Origin: Macrostomum lignano
Taxonomy: Eukaryota
Length of the DNA: 64,000 nucleotides
Direction of reading: 5' to 3'
Assembly: GCA_002269645.1 (NCBI GenBank)
Contig: NIVC01000181.1
Coordinates: forward strand, 124,001-188,000
In this document: one piece after another, positions 25,101 to 36,608 of the stretch
Position numbering within the stretch: position 1 is the stretch's first letter
How the letters are laid out: every line of letters starts with the position of its first letter
Translations under genes and position numbers: made by a program
Notes under the pieces: generated by a model
Seen by the model: only the letters and a program-made list of their open reading frames with translations
Database searches by the model: none
Told to the model about the DNA's origin: nothing

Positions 25101-26549
25101 ATTCATGAGGTCGGTATGAGATTCATGAAGTCGGTATGAGATTCATTAGGTCAGCGTGAGATTCATGAAGTCGGTATGAGATTCATGAGGTCAGCGTGAG
25201 ATTCATGAGGTCGGTATGAGATTCATGAGGTCAGCGTGAGATTCATGAGGTCGGTATGAGATTCATGAAGTCAGTATGAGATTCATGAGGTCAGCGTGAG
25301 ATTCATGAGGTCGGTATGAGATTCATGAGGTCAGCGTGAGATTCATGAGGTCGGTATGAGATTCATGAGGTCAGCGTGAGATTCATGAAGTCGGTATGAG
25401 ATTCATGAGGTCAGCGTGAGATTCATGAAGTCGGTATGAGATTCATGAGGTCAGCGTGAGATTCATGAGGTCGGTATGAGATCTATGAGGTCAGCGTGAG
25501 ATTCATGAGGTCGGTATGAGATTCATGAAGTCGGTATGAGATTCATGAGGTCAGCGTGAGATTCATGAGGTCGGTATGAGATTCATGAGGTCAGCGTGAG
25601 ATTCATGAGGTCGGTATGAGATTCATGAAGTCGGTATGAGATTCATGAGGTCAGCGTGAGATTCATGAGGTCGGTATGAGATTCATGAGGTCAGCGTGAG
25701 ATTCATGAGGTCGGTATGAGATTCATGAGGTCAGCGTGAGATTCATGAAGTCGGTATGAGATTCATGAGGTCAGCGTGAGATTCATGAGGTCGGTATGAG
25801 ATTCATGAGGTCAGCGTGAGATTCATGAAGTCGATATGAGATTCATGTGGTCAGCGTGAGATTCATGAAGTCGGTATGAGATTCATGAGGTCAGCGTGAG
25901 ATTCATGAAGTCGGTATGAGATTCATGTGGTCAGCGTGAGATTCATGAAGTCGGTATGAGATTCATGAGGTCAGCGTGAGATTCATGAGGTCGGTATTAT
26001 ATTCATGAGGTTGGTATGAGATTCACCAGGACTCATTTTAAGTTTCGCAGTGTCAAAGTGAGGTCATCAAAGAGTTGTTAGTCCATCAGGTGTCTCTGCT
26101 TGCGAGCTAGTCTCTTGATGAGTCCATTTTTTATAATTTTCTGCCTCCGGCTGCAGGTCGCCTCTGTCAAAAGCGAACTGCAATCTCTTGGCGCCTCTTC
26201 CGGCGATGCCCCCTCGGACACCTCCCCAGCAGCGCAGCCGACGGCGACCCCCGCCACCGCCGCCGCCTCTCCCGTTGTCTGCCCTGTCGGCGGCGCGGAG
26301 CGGCAACGACACGTGGCCTTCCTGCAGCACGAGCTGGTCCGCTACCGGGCCTACATGCAGCTGCTTGAAGCTGAAATTGCCTCGGCTGCACCAACGCCAG
26401 CCGTGGCTTCCACAGTCGCTCCCGCTAGCCAACCTGGCGAATTAGCGGACGCCATTTCAGCAGCAGCTACCTCGAATCCTTCGCCGACGGCGCCAGCGCC
26501 AACGGAATCAGAGAAAAATGGTCCCGTTGAACTGTACGAAATCGTCTGA
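22105..26549 (+). CDS. PSD: PSD/EFA6-family ARF6 GEF (Sec7 + PH + coiled coil); exons 22105-23169, 24338-24766, 26157-26549
   Basis: Sec7 FCLQGETADQERVLLHFAKSY and HTLACALLLLNKDLHG; PH GFLVRKH|ILDSGGRRTRKGRRSWRRVYCVL...YTKRRHVWRLRLASGAELLLQA; C-terminal FLQHELVRYRAYMQLL. All junctions are GT-AG phase 0. Extra upstream exons possible. Confidence 0.92.
23390..24205. repeat. Intronic minisatellite, 21-bp unit (GCACTCATTTTAGCGCCACAG)
   Basis: About 38 copies in PSD intron 1. Confidence 0.97.
24795..26025. repeat. Intronic minisatellite, 20-bp unit with two alternating variants (GAGATTCATGAGGTCGGTAT / ...CAGCGT)
   Basis: About 60 copies starting ~30 nt after the PSD exon 2 donor. Confidence 0.97.
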
Positions 26550-26804
26550 GCGATCCTGTTCGAAAATATAAGTAGCTGCTATATGTAATTTCTTGTCTGA
26601 AATTCGTGTTTTTTTCGCTTTGGTTCTGCTGTCCCTGTGATTACTCTGCTTCTGGGCATTCAGCTTTATAATTGCATGTTGTGTCTGTATAGTTGTGTCC
26701 GCTTTGGTTAGCTGAGAATAAATAATAATGCGTAAGTAAACTTGACAAATGTTGGCAAATTAAATGTGGTAACCTGATGTTAACCGGTCTACTGCTACTG
26801 AAAC

Positions 26805-27285
26805 TGATACCCACTTTAGGCCATAGACTGCTGCAGAGACCACTACCCACTTTAGGCCATAGACTGCTGCAGAGACCACTACCCACTTTAGGCCATAGAC
26901 TACTACAGAAACCACTACCCACTTTAGGCCATAGACTGCTGCAGAAACTAACCACTTTAGGCCAAAGAATGCTGCAGAAACTACTACCCACTTTAGGCCA
27001 TTGACTACTACAGAAACCACTACCCACTTTAGGCCATAGACTACTACAGAAACTACCCACTTTAAGCCATAGACTGCTGCAGAGACTACTACCCACTTCA
27101 GGCCATTGACTACTACAGAAACTACTACGCAGTTTAAGCCATAGACTGCTGCAGAAACTACCCACTTTAAGCCATAGACTGCTGCAGAGACTACTACCCA
27201 CTTCAGGCCATTGACTACTACAGAAACTACTACGCAGTTTAAGCCATAGACTGCTGCAGAAACTACCCACTTTAGGTCATAGACT
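26805..27285. repeat. Minisatellite, ~33-36-bp unit (CCCACTTTAGGCCATAGACTGCTGCAGAGACCACTA)
   Basis: About 13 copies downstream of PSD. Confidence 0.93.
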
Positions 27286-27844
27286 GCAATAATAGTTTCA
27301 CCTGGAGTGGCAAGTAGCTTTTTGGACTAAACTGTTTGGCATTATGCCACTAATATAGAATATATAAATTCACTATAGGTATGGTCTATTTCTGAGGCTT
27401 TCTTTTGTTCAAAATAGCTTTTTTGTTGTTTTTTTGTGTCGATTTCTAACTAATCGTGTTCGCTGTTAGTTAAACTTTTATAATATTTTATTGTTTTACT
27501 CCAGCCGAAGCTCTAGCTACAGCTTTTTCGCATATCCATGTACGTCAAAATTATATTATATTATATTATATTATATTATATTATATAAAATAATTACACA
27601 GTCGGCTTCGCCAATTTTTTTCTCTCTGTCTCGAATTTTTCTTTTTTTGTGTCGCTTTCAGCGCGTGCCAGCTTCTATGCAATGCTTTGCTATTTAAGAA
27701 TTATATATTTTTACTACATTTTACTTGCTTACATTAATTTAGTTATCACATTATGGTCAGTAACTTGTGGATATATATATTTGTGTTATAAGCAGAAAAC
27801 TTATTGTCACTTTTAATTTAGGCTCCGCCAGCGTTTGGTGTCCT

Positions 27845-28400
27845 AATGTACACTCTCGGCCCTCAACCCCCTTCCCCGCCTGATGTACACTCCCCTCAAA
27901 CCCTTATCCTAATGTACACTCCCCTCAACCCCTTGCCCTAATGTACACTCTCCTCAACCCCTTACCCTAATGTACACTCCCTCAACCCCTTACCCTAATG
28001 TACACTCCCTCAACCCCTTACCCTAATGTACACTCCCCTCAATCCCTTACCCTAATGTACACTCCCCCAACCCCTTACCCTAATGTACACTCCCTCAACC
28101 CCTTACCCTAATGTACACTCCCCTCAAACCCTTATCCTAATGTACACTCTCCTCAACCCCTTACCCTAATGTACACTCCCCTCAACCCCTTACCCTAATG
28201 TACACTCTCCTCAATCCCTTACCCTAATGTACACTCTCGGCCCTCAACCCCCTTCCCCGCCTGATGTACACTCCCCTCAAACCCTTATCCTAATGTACAC
28301 TCTCCTCAACCCCTTACCCTAATGTACACTCCCCTCAATCCCTTACCCTAATGTACACTCCCTCAACCCCTTACCCTAATGTACACTCCCCTCAACCCCT
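27845..28400. repeat. Minisatellite, ~28-29-bp unit (TAATGTACACTCCCCTCAACCCCTTACCC)
   Basis: About 19 copies; G-tract rich on the minus strand. Confidence 0.93.
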
Positions 28401-29156
28401 TACTCTAATGTACACCGTCTTCCCTCAACTCCTTACCCTTACCTGTGATTTCAACTTCAAAGCCTTAATTAAAAAAGGACGATTAGTTCCGGTTTCAACT
28501 GAGCACAGCTTAGGCCCAGTTCTGATCTTTGCACTCCCGTCAACTTCACCCAGTGATTTATTTCACTCTGCGTCTGTTGGTTAAACATTTTTGTACACTG
28601 AATTCATTCTGATCAACCAATTATTTTTTTAAACTTATTTAAAGTTTTTAAAAAACTCATTTAACTCCTTGCCTGAGCCCTTCTAAGAATGGTGGACTTG
28701 CTGGAATTTCGTGCTTTGGCACAATTAACTAATTAATTGGACTATGAAACTATTGAGGTTACTAACGGCTGTGGGTTAGGCAATTTATTTCAATTAAAAT
28801 AATTATCGAAATTTCCTTTATAACAATGCGTACCAATTGCTTACTATTAATAGTATATCAATAGAATTCACAGTATAACTAATAAGCTGCACTCAACTGT
28901 GGCAATAGTGCACTCGATGTTGAATTAAATTCTTTAATTATTTGATACTATATCTTTATTGCCTGTCTGTAGCAATAAACAGCACAGTAGTTTTAATTTC
29001 TCACTGTTGTTGATTTATTCAAGTGTAGAACTTTTATATTAATTTCCTTGCTTGCATCAAATCTGTGCGCCCCCTGCGGAGCTTAATTATTTTTATTGGG
29101 TAATTGTTCGACCCGGCTTTTACTGTATCGATTGTGATTTTGCGCCTCGTGTCCGT

Positions 29157-29157
<1 letters not shown>

Positions 29158-29205
<48 letters not shown>

Positions 29206-29220
29206 GTGTCTGTCTGTGTC

Positions 29221-29301
<81 letters not shown>

Positions 29302-29302
29302 G

Positions 29303-29354
<52 letters not shown>

Positions 29355-29362
29355 ATAGTGTC

Positions 29363-29413
<51 letters not shown>

Positions 29414-29416
29414 GCC

Positions 29417-29485
<69 letters not shown>

Positions 29486-29514
29486 GTCTGTCTGTGTCTG
29501 TCTGTCATAGTGTC

Positions 29515-29549
<35 letters not shown>

Positions 29550-29550
29550 G
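29158..29550. repeat. (TCTG)n microsatellite
   Basis: Direct inspection. Confidence 0.98.
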
Positions 29551-30267
29551 ACCGCATGCCGAAGTATCGGAGCCTGTGCATGCCTTTTTCTCCTAATCTT
29601 CAGTAACCAGCTGTCTGTCCTGCAGCTAAACTTGATTCAGTTCTCCTCAGTTACCAACTGCGTGTGTTTATACTCTGTATTCACTATATAAGCGAACAAT
29701 CCTAATTAATTCGAGTTTCCACCCAGTGGGACAGCGCTTGCAAAGTCGTCGACGCCAAACAATGCGATTTTGTAGCCAGCCTTTTGCCTATCGTTTCCCA
29801 TGCCCTTTATTGTCCCGTGTCTGCTATCAAATCTTGGCTTTCTGCTCCGCCGTTTTGCTTATTTAATTGGCTTTTGTATTTAAGACAGTGTCGTTAACTA
29901 AAAATATACACTTATAATAAATGTGTTGGCAATAAGAGAACGCAGACCTCTGGTTGGTTGTCGGTTTATGGTGGGATTTGAGCAGTCCCCATGCGACAAT
30001 TAATTTAGTATTCTAGGTAAGTACTCGTAAGTCTTCATTCAGGCGAACTTATCATTCCCTGATCAGTTTGGTTAATTAATCAAAGTTGAGCAGTTTACAT
30101 GGAAGTGTTTAAAGTCCGTCGTACTCCATGACATCCTCTTGCTTGGTCCCGTCTCTTGTCTCTGTGTTTCGCATAATCAGATGCATTGGCTTATAATTGC
30201 TTGCTCTTAACTTTGTGTTAATCGTGTTTGTTTTTATTTGTTCACTAAAATGAATGAACTCCGCGAG

Positions 30268-30870
30268 AGAGTCACTAAATGAGTGACATTGGTGGGAGAG
30301 TCGCTAAAATGAGTGACATTGGTGGGAGAGTCACTAAAGTGAGTGACATTGGTGAGTGAGTCACTAAAATGAGTGACATCGGCGAGAGAGTCACTAAAGT
30401 GAGTGACATTGGTGGGAGAGTCACTAAATGAGTGACATTGGTGGGAGAGTCACTAAAATGAGTGACATTGGTGGGAGAGTCGCTAAAGGGAGTGAACTTG
30501 GTGGGAGAGTCACTAAAATGAGTGAACTTGGTGGGAGAGTCACGAGTGTGAGTGACCTTGGCGGGAGAGTCACTAAAGTGAGTGACATTGGCGGGAGAGT
30601 CACTAAAGTCAGTGACATTCGCGGGGAGTCACTGGAATGAGTGAAATTGGTGAGAGAGAGTCGCAGGAGAGTCACTAAAGTCAGTGACATTCGCGGGGAG
30701 TCACTCTCCCCGCGAGGGAGAGTCACTAAAAGTGAGTAACATTGGTGAGAGTCACTAAAATGAGTGACATCGGCGAGAGAGTCACTAAAGTGAGTGACAT
30801 TGGTGAGAGAGTCACTAAAATGAGTGACATTGGCGAGAGAGTCACTTGACAACGGTGGGAGAGTCACCTA
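30268..30870. repeat. Minisatellite, 30-bp unit with internal inverted repeat (GTCACT...AGTGAC)
   Basis: GGTGGGAGAGTCACTAAAATGAGTGACATT, about 19 degenerate copies. Confidence 0.93.
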
Positions 30871-30892
30871 ATGTGAGTTAATAGCTACATCG

Positions 30893-30906
30893 GTTGTCAT
30901 GGCAAC
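30893..30906. promoter_or_regulatory. RFX X-box motif
   Basis: GTTGTCATGGCAAC. Confidence 0.55.
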
Positions 30907-31599
30907 TAACTGTGACAGCGCCGCGAGGGGGAGGGGGTTACCAGGAGGCTCAGCAGGTTTGTCGCGAAAAAAATTCTTGAGAACAAAATCGCGTACTTTT
31001 GACTAGACTGGAACAAAGGGCTGCGGGAAAAATTCAAATCCCATCAACAAAAATGAAAGCTACTCAAGAGATACTCCTGGCAAAGATGGAGGAAGGAAGT
31101 AGTGGTTAGCGCAGGCTCCGGCCTTATACTACTTCTGCAGGCTCTACTGAATAAATTAAGTCCCTGCTGCAGCGGCATCCCCGGGGCAGCTTCCTAGGAA
31201 GTTGAGGATTTTTCAGCTGAGCATCATAGCTAAGGCATCTGCTTCTTCCCAGAGTCATCCCGCCTGGTAGCAGGCGCGGGCATCGTTTAGGCCAAATTGT
31301 TTACAATGGCAACGCGGGCTGAGCAACTGCAGATGGAGGGTGGGGCTTGCATGGGTTCTATCCACTCTTGCCGCTTCTTACTGCTGGCTAGTAATAGGCT
31401 TGTTGGGGGGTGTGAGTTCTTCACTCTGGCGCTTACCTGGGAACTTTCCGTAGCTATAAACACACTGACTCTATAAGCAGTTTTTTCTGGCCTCAGACTC
31501 GGGGCAAGGAGATTCGGATAAAATTCAAAACTGATTACCACTGGCATTCAGCATATCCGGTATTGCATGGTGAGTACATCTATAGCCCCTGCGGCTATA

Positions 31600-32240
31600 G
31601 ATCTGACACACCTATTCTGGCGCCCTATCTGACACACCTTTTCTGGCGCCCTATCTGACACACCTATTCTGGCGCCCTATCTGACACACCTATTCTGGCG
31701 CCCTATCTGACACACCTATTCTGGCGCCCTATCTGACACCTTTCCTGGCGCCCTATCTGACACACCTATTCTGGCGCCCTATCTGACACACCTATTCTGG
31801 CGCCCTATCTGACACACCTATTCTGGCGCCCTTTCTGACACACCTTTTCTGGCGCCCTATCTGACACACCTATTCTGGCGCCCTATCTGACGCACCTATT
31901 CTGGCGCCCTATCTGACACACCTTTTCTGGCGCCCTATCTGACACACCTATTCTGGCGCCCTATCTGACACACCTATTCTGGCGCCCTATCTGACACACC
32001 TATTCTGGCGCCCTATCTGACACACCTTTTCTGGCGCCCTATCTGACACACCTATTCTGGCGCCCTATCTGACACACCTTTTCTGGCGCCCTATCTGACA
32101 CACCTTTTCTGGCGCCCTATCTGACACACCTATTCTGGCACCCTATCTGACATACCTACTCTGGCGCCCTATCTGACACACCTTTTATGGCGCCCAATCT
32201 GACACACCTTTTCTGGCGCCCTATTGAACACCTTTTTGGC
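31600..32240. repeat. Minisatellite, 26-bp unit (CTATCTGACACACCTATTCTGGCGCC)
   Basis: About 24 copies, decaying at the right end. Confidence 0.96.
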
Positions 32241-32744
32241 GCCCTTTTCTCGCTTTTTTGGCGTTTTTTCTGACACTATTATTGGCGCTTCTCTGATGCC
32301 TATTTAGGCGCCCTATCACGCTTATTTTGGCGCCCTCTCTGACATCTGTTTAAAACCCTTTCAACGTCTTTGCCCCCCCCCCTGACTTCCCGTTCGAATT
32401 CAACTGTTTGCAGTTCTAAATCAGAGTTACTGAGAGCGCATGCACTATAGAAAATAAATTACAAAAATTGACTACTTGTAACGAAAAAGAAAGCTAGCTG
32501 GTTACAACTCATATTTTATGAGACTATAACTGCATGTATGCTAATGATTTAAGGGTGTAACACAGAGATATCACTGAGACAGAAATCCCTTGAGAGTCTG
32601 TTCATGCCTGGCTAGATGAGTAGATGGGATTATAGTGGTTATGCTTTTTTTCCTGTATGAGTGCATTGCAGCTCCAACCCCTCCGTCTGCGATGGGTTTG
32701 GAGTAGTATAAAAGCGCAGATTTGATCAGAGGATTTTGAATCGA

Positions 32745-34875
32745 CTGATTAGGTAGTGAATCTGCTGATTAGGTAGTGAATCTGCTGATTAGGTAGTCAA
32801 TCTGCTGGTTAGGCAGTCAATCTGCTGATTAGGTAGTGAATCTGCTGATTAGGTAGTGAATCTGCTGATTAGGTAGTGAATCTGCTGATTAGGTAGTGAA
32901 TCTGCTGATTAGGTAGTCAATCTGCTGATTAGGTAGTCAATCTGCTGATTAGGTAGTGAATCTGCTGATTAGGTAGTGAATCTGCTGATTAGGTAGTGAA
33001 CCTACTGATTAGGTAGTGAATCTGCTGATTAGGTAGTGAATCTGCTGGTTAGGTAGTGAATCTGCTGGTTAGGTAGTGAATCTGCTGGTTAGGTAGTGAA
33101 TCTGCTGGTTAGGTAGTGAATCTGCTGGTTAGGTAGTGAATCTGCTGGTTAGGTAGTGAATCTGCTGGTTAGGTAGTGAATCTGCTGGTTAGGTAGTGAA
33201 TCTGCTGGTTAGGTAGTGAATCTGCTGGTTAGGTAGTGAATCTGCTGGTTAGGTAGTGAATCTACTGGTTAGGTAGTGAATCTGCTGGTTAGGTAATGAG
33301 TGTACTGATTAGGTAGTGAATCTACTGATTAGGTAGTGAATCTACTGATTAGGTAGTGAATCTACTGATTAGGTAGTGAATCTACTGATTAGGTAGTTAA
33401 TCTACTGATTAGGTAGTGAATCTACTGATTAGGTAATAAATCTACTGATTAGGTAGTGAATCTACTGATTAGGTAGTGAATCTGCTGGTTAGGTAGTGAA
33501 TCTACTGGTTAGGTAGTGAATCTGCTGGTTAGGTAATGAGTGTACTGATTAGGTAGTGAATCTACTGATTAGGTAGTGAATCTACTGATTAGGTAGTGAA
33601 TCTACTGATTAGGTAGTTAATCTACTGATTAGGTAGTGAATCTACTGATTAGGTAGTGAATCTACTGATTAGGTAGTGAATCTACTGATTAGGTAGTGAA
33701 TCTACTGATTAGGTAGTTAATCTACTGATTAGGTAGTGAATCTACTGATTAGGTAGTGAATCTGCTGATTAGGTAATAAATCTACTGATTAGGTAGTGAA
33801 TCTGCTGATTAGGTAGTGAATCTACTGATTAGGTAATAAATCTACTGATTAGGTAGTGAATCTGCTGATTAGGTAGTGAATCTGCTGATTAGGTAGTGAA
33901 TCTGCTGATTAGGTAGTGAATCTGCTGATTAGGTAATGAATCTACTGATTAGGTAGTGAATCTGCTGATTAGGTAGTGAATCTGCTGATTAGGTAGTGAA
34001 TCTGCTGATTAGGTAGTGAATCTGCTGATTAGGTAGTGAATCTGCTGATTAGGTAGTGAATCTGCTGATTAGGTAGTGAATCTACTGATTAGGTAGTGAA
34101 TCTACTGATTAGGTAGTGAATCTGCTGATTAGGTAGTGAATCTACTGATTAGGTAATGAATCTGCTGATTAGGTAGTGAATCTGCTGATTAGGTAGTGAA
34201 TCTGCTGATTAGGTAATGAATCTGCTGATTAGGTAATAAATCTACCGGTTAGGTAGTGAATCTGCTGATTAGGTAGTGAATCTGCTGATTAGGTAGTGAA
34301 TCTGCTGATTAGGTAGTGAATCTGCTGATTAGGTAGTGAATCTGCTGATTAGGTAGTGAATCTGCTGGTTAGGTAGTGAATCTACTGGTTAGGTAGTGAA
34401 TCTGCTGATTAGGTAGTGAATCTGCTGATTAGGTAATGAATCTGCTGATTAGGTAATAAATCTACCGGTTAGGTAGTGAATCTGCTGATTAGGTAATGAA
34501 TCTGCTGATTAGGTAATGAGTCTACTGATTAGGTAGTGAATCTGCTGATTAGGTAATAAATCTACCGATTAGGTAGTGAATCTACTGATTAGGTAGTGAA
34601 TCTGCTGATTAGGTAATGAATCTACTGATTAGGTAGTGAATCTACTGATTAGGTAGTGAATCTACTGATTAGGTAGTGAATCTACTGATTAGGTAGTGAA
34701 TCTACTGATTAGGTAGTGAATCTACTGATTAGGTAGTGAATCTACTGATTAGGTAGTGAATCTACTGATTAGGTAATGAATCTACTGATTAGGTAGTGAA
34801 TCTACTGATTAGGTAGTGAATCTACTGATTAGGTAGTGAATCTACTGATTAGGTAATGAATCTACGGATTAGGTA
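32745..34875. repeat. Minisatellite, 20-bp unit (TGATTAGGTAGTGAATCTGC), ~2.1 kb
   Basis: More than 100 copies with blocks of variant units. Confidence 0.98.
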
Positions 34876-35640
34876 ATTAATGTGCCAACTAGGTAAAAAT
34901 TTGAATCTAGTAATGCTGTAAACTAAAATGAAATCAATGAACTATACTGACTAAAAATTTATTTTTATATAAATAAATAAAAATAAATAATCAAATTAAG
35001 ACTTCCATGCCAGTATAAGTTGGCGTAAACCTATTTTACACCCAAGAAGAAAAGTATTTTAGTAAAACACAGCAGCTTGAGCTTCAGTTGGCTCAACAAT
35101 CTAAAAATAGCAATTCAATTGACAGGTATTTTGCCTAGGAATGGATGAGTGAGTTGAGACTGAGTCTCTCTGAGCCAAGCGTTGCGAGAGCCCCTGAATC
35201 TCTTTCTATCAAGCTGCTTCCGCGCCAGAAGCAGACAGCGGGACGGGACAAAAAAGACAGAAGAAGCCCAGTAAAAGAAAGACTGAAAGAGAGAGTTGGC
35301 CAAGCCCAACTGTAAAAGCGGAGTTTCTCCTCATCTTTAATTCTGTCTTGCTCTGTCTCAGAAGCGACTGCAGCAAAAACAGCAACAGCAGAAGCAGAAA
35401 CCAGCAGCCCTTTTCTTTTGCGCCACTCTCTCATGCATCAGGGCGTGCAACGGAGAATCGTATCTACTGGTAATGAGTGTTTCACCAAGCCTGACTGCGG
35501 CTGTTTCTGCAGCCGAGACCATGACGAAACGCTGACGCGATTCCATAAAAAATATTGGAACCAGACCATGCAGCTACGTTCGTAGTCCATGCGCACTTCT
35601 AATTGAAAGCAGATAGAATTTTAAAAATCTAAGTATAGTC

Positions 35641-36089
35641 CACAGATACTAAAATAACTAGATGGGCCACTCAGGCACATATACTTAGTAAAACAGCTTT
35701 CTACTTTCAGTTCAGTAGCAAAGAAGAATACATAAGCTATTTTATAAAAATAAAGGCAATCTGAAATGACTTTGATAAGTTTAGAAGCCCAGGCTTGTAG
35801 GCGTAAACAACTTGCTAATTGGTTCAGCAATAATGTACATTAGCCAGTCCACTGAAATGTACAAAGCTGCAGCTTCAGGCTGGGAGTCCGAGAAAGGCAA
35901 TAAAAATTGGGACGAGGCGGCGGGGGTAGTGTGGAAAGGCGCAGTTGGATGGTTTAAGCTGGAGTAAGAGCCAATAAATTGAGCCATTTAAAAATACAAT
36001 AAAATGCTTCAGTTTAACTTACTACTGAACTGAAAGTAGTTTACACACAAATATGCTGAGTGGCCCATCCAGCTATTCAAGTGTCTGTG
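35641..36089. mobile_element. MITE family copy 1 (CACAGA...TCTGTG termini, ~34-bp TIR)
   Basis: TIR CACAGATACTAAAATAACTAGATGGGCCACTCAG / CTGAGTGGCCCATCCAGCTATTCAAGTGTCTGTG; a second dispersed copy lies at 50700-51151. Confidence 0.85.
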
Positions 36090-36594
36090 GGATAATCTAG
36101 CCATTAATTTCTACACCATTTGGCGGCAGCGCGGGCCAATCGCGTCTGATTCTCGCGCCGAAGTAAACTTGGGTTTGATTCCGGGCTTGCACACATTAAT
36201 TAGGGGGTTGGAGATTCTCCTGAAATTCTCATCGATAAGAGCTAACGCCTAAGGCACAGAGAGTGTACATGTCTCACGATTAGAAAGTCAGGGCTGCTGT
36301 ACACCCTGTGTGAGCGTGTGCCTGCTCAGGGGTGAGCTGGCTGCGCCAAACCGTCCCCCAACAAACTAACACCCTTTTGGCGAACTTTTTAGACCAATGT
36401 CTGTCTTTTTCAGTCTGGATGTACTATTTGTTCAGTCTTTGTTCAGTCTGGATGGTTTTAATGTGTTGTCTTTGTTCAGTCTGGATGCACTAATCTACAG
36501 TCTTTGGTCAGTCTGGATGTACTAATACGTAGTCTTTGTTCAGTCTGGATGTACTCATGTAGTATTTGCTCGATACATCACTCCCCTGCCCGCA

Positions 36595-36608
36595 GTTACC
36601 ATGGCAAC
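36595..36608. promoter_or_regulatory. RFX X-box overlapping the polycystin ATG
   Basis: GTTACCATGGCAAC. Confidence 0.55.

Noticed and set aside
35115-35560. Protein-looking minus-strand ORFs (MESRQRFV..., MGLANSLF...)
   Set aside because: Short, no recognisable domain, no consistent splice model; probably a repeat fragment.
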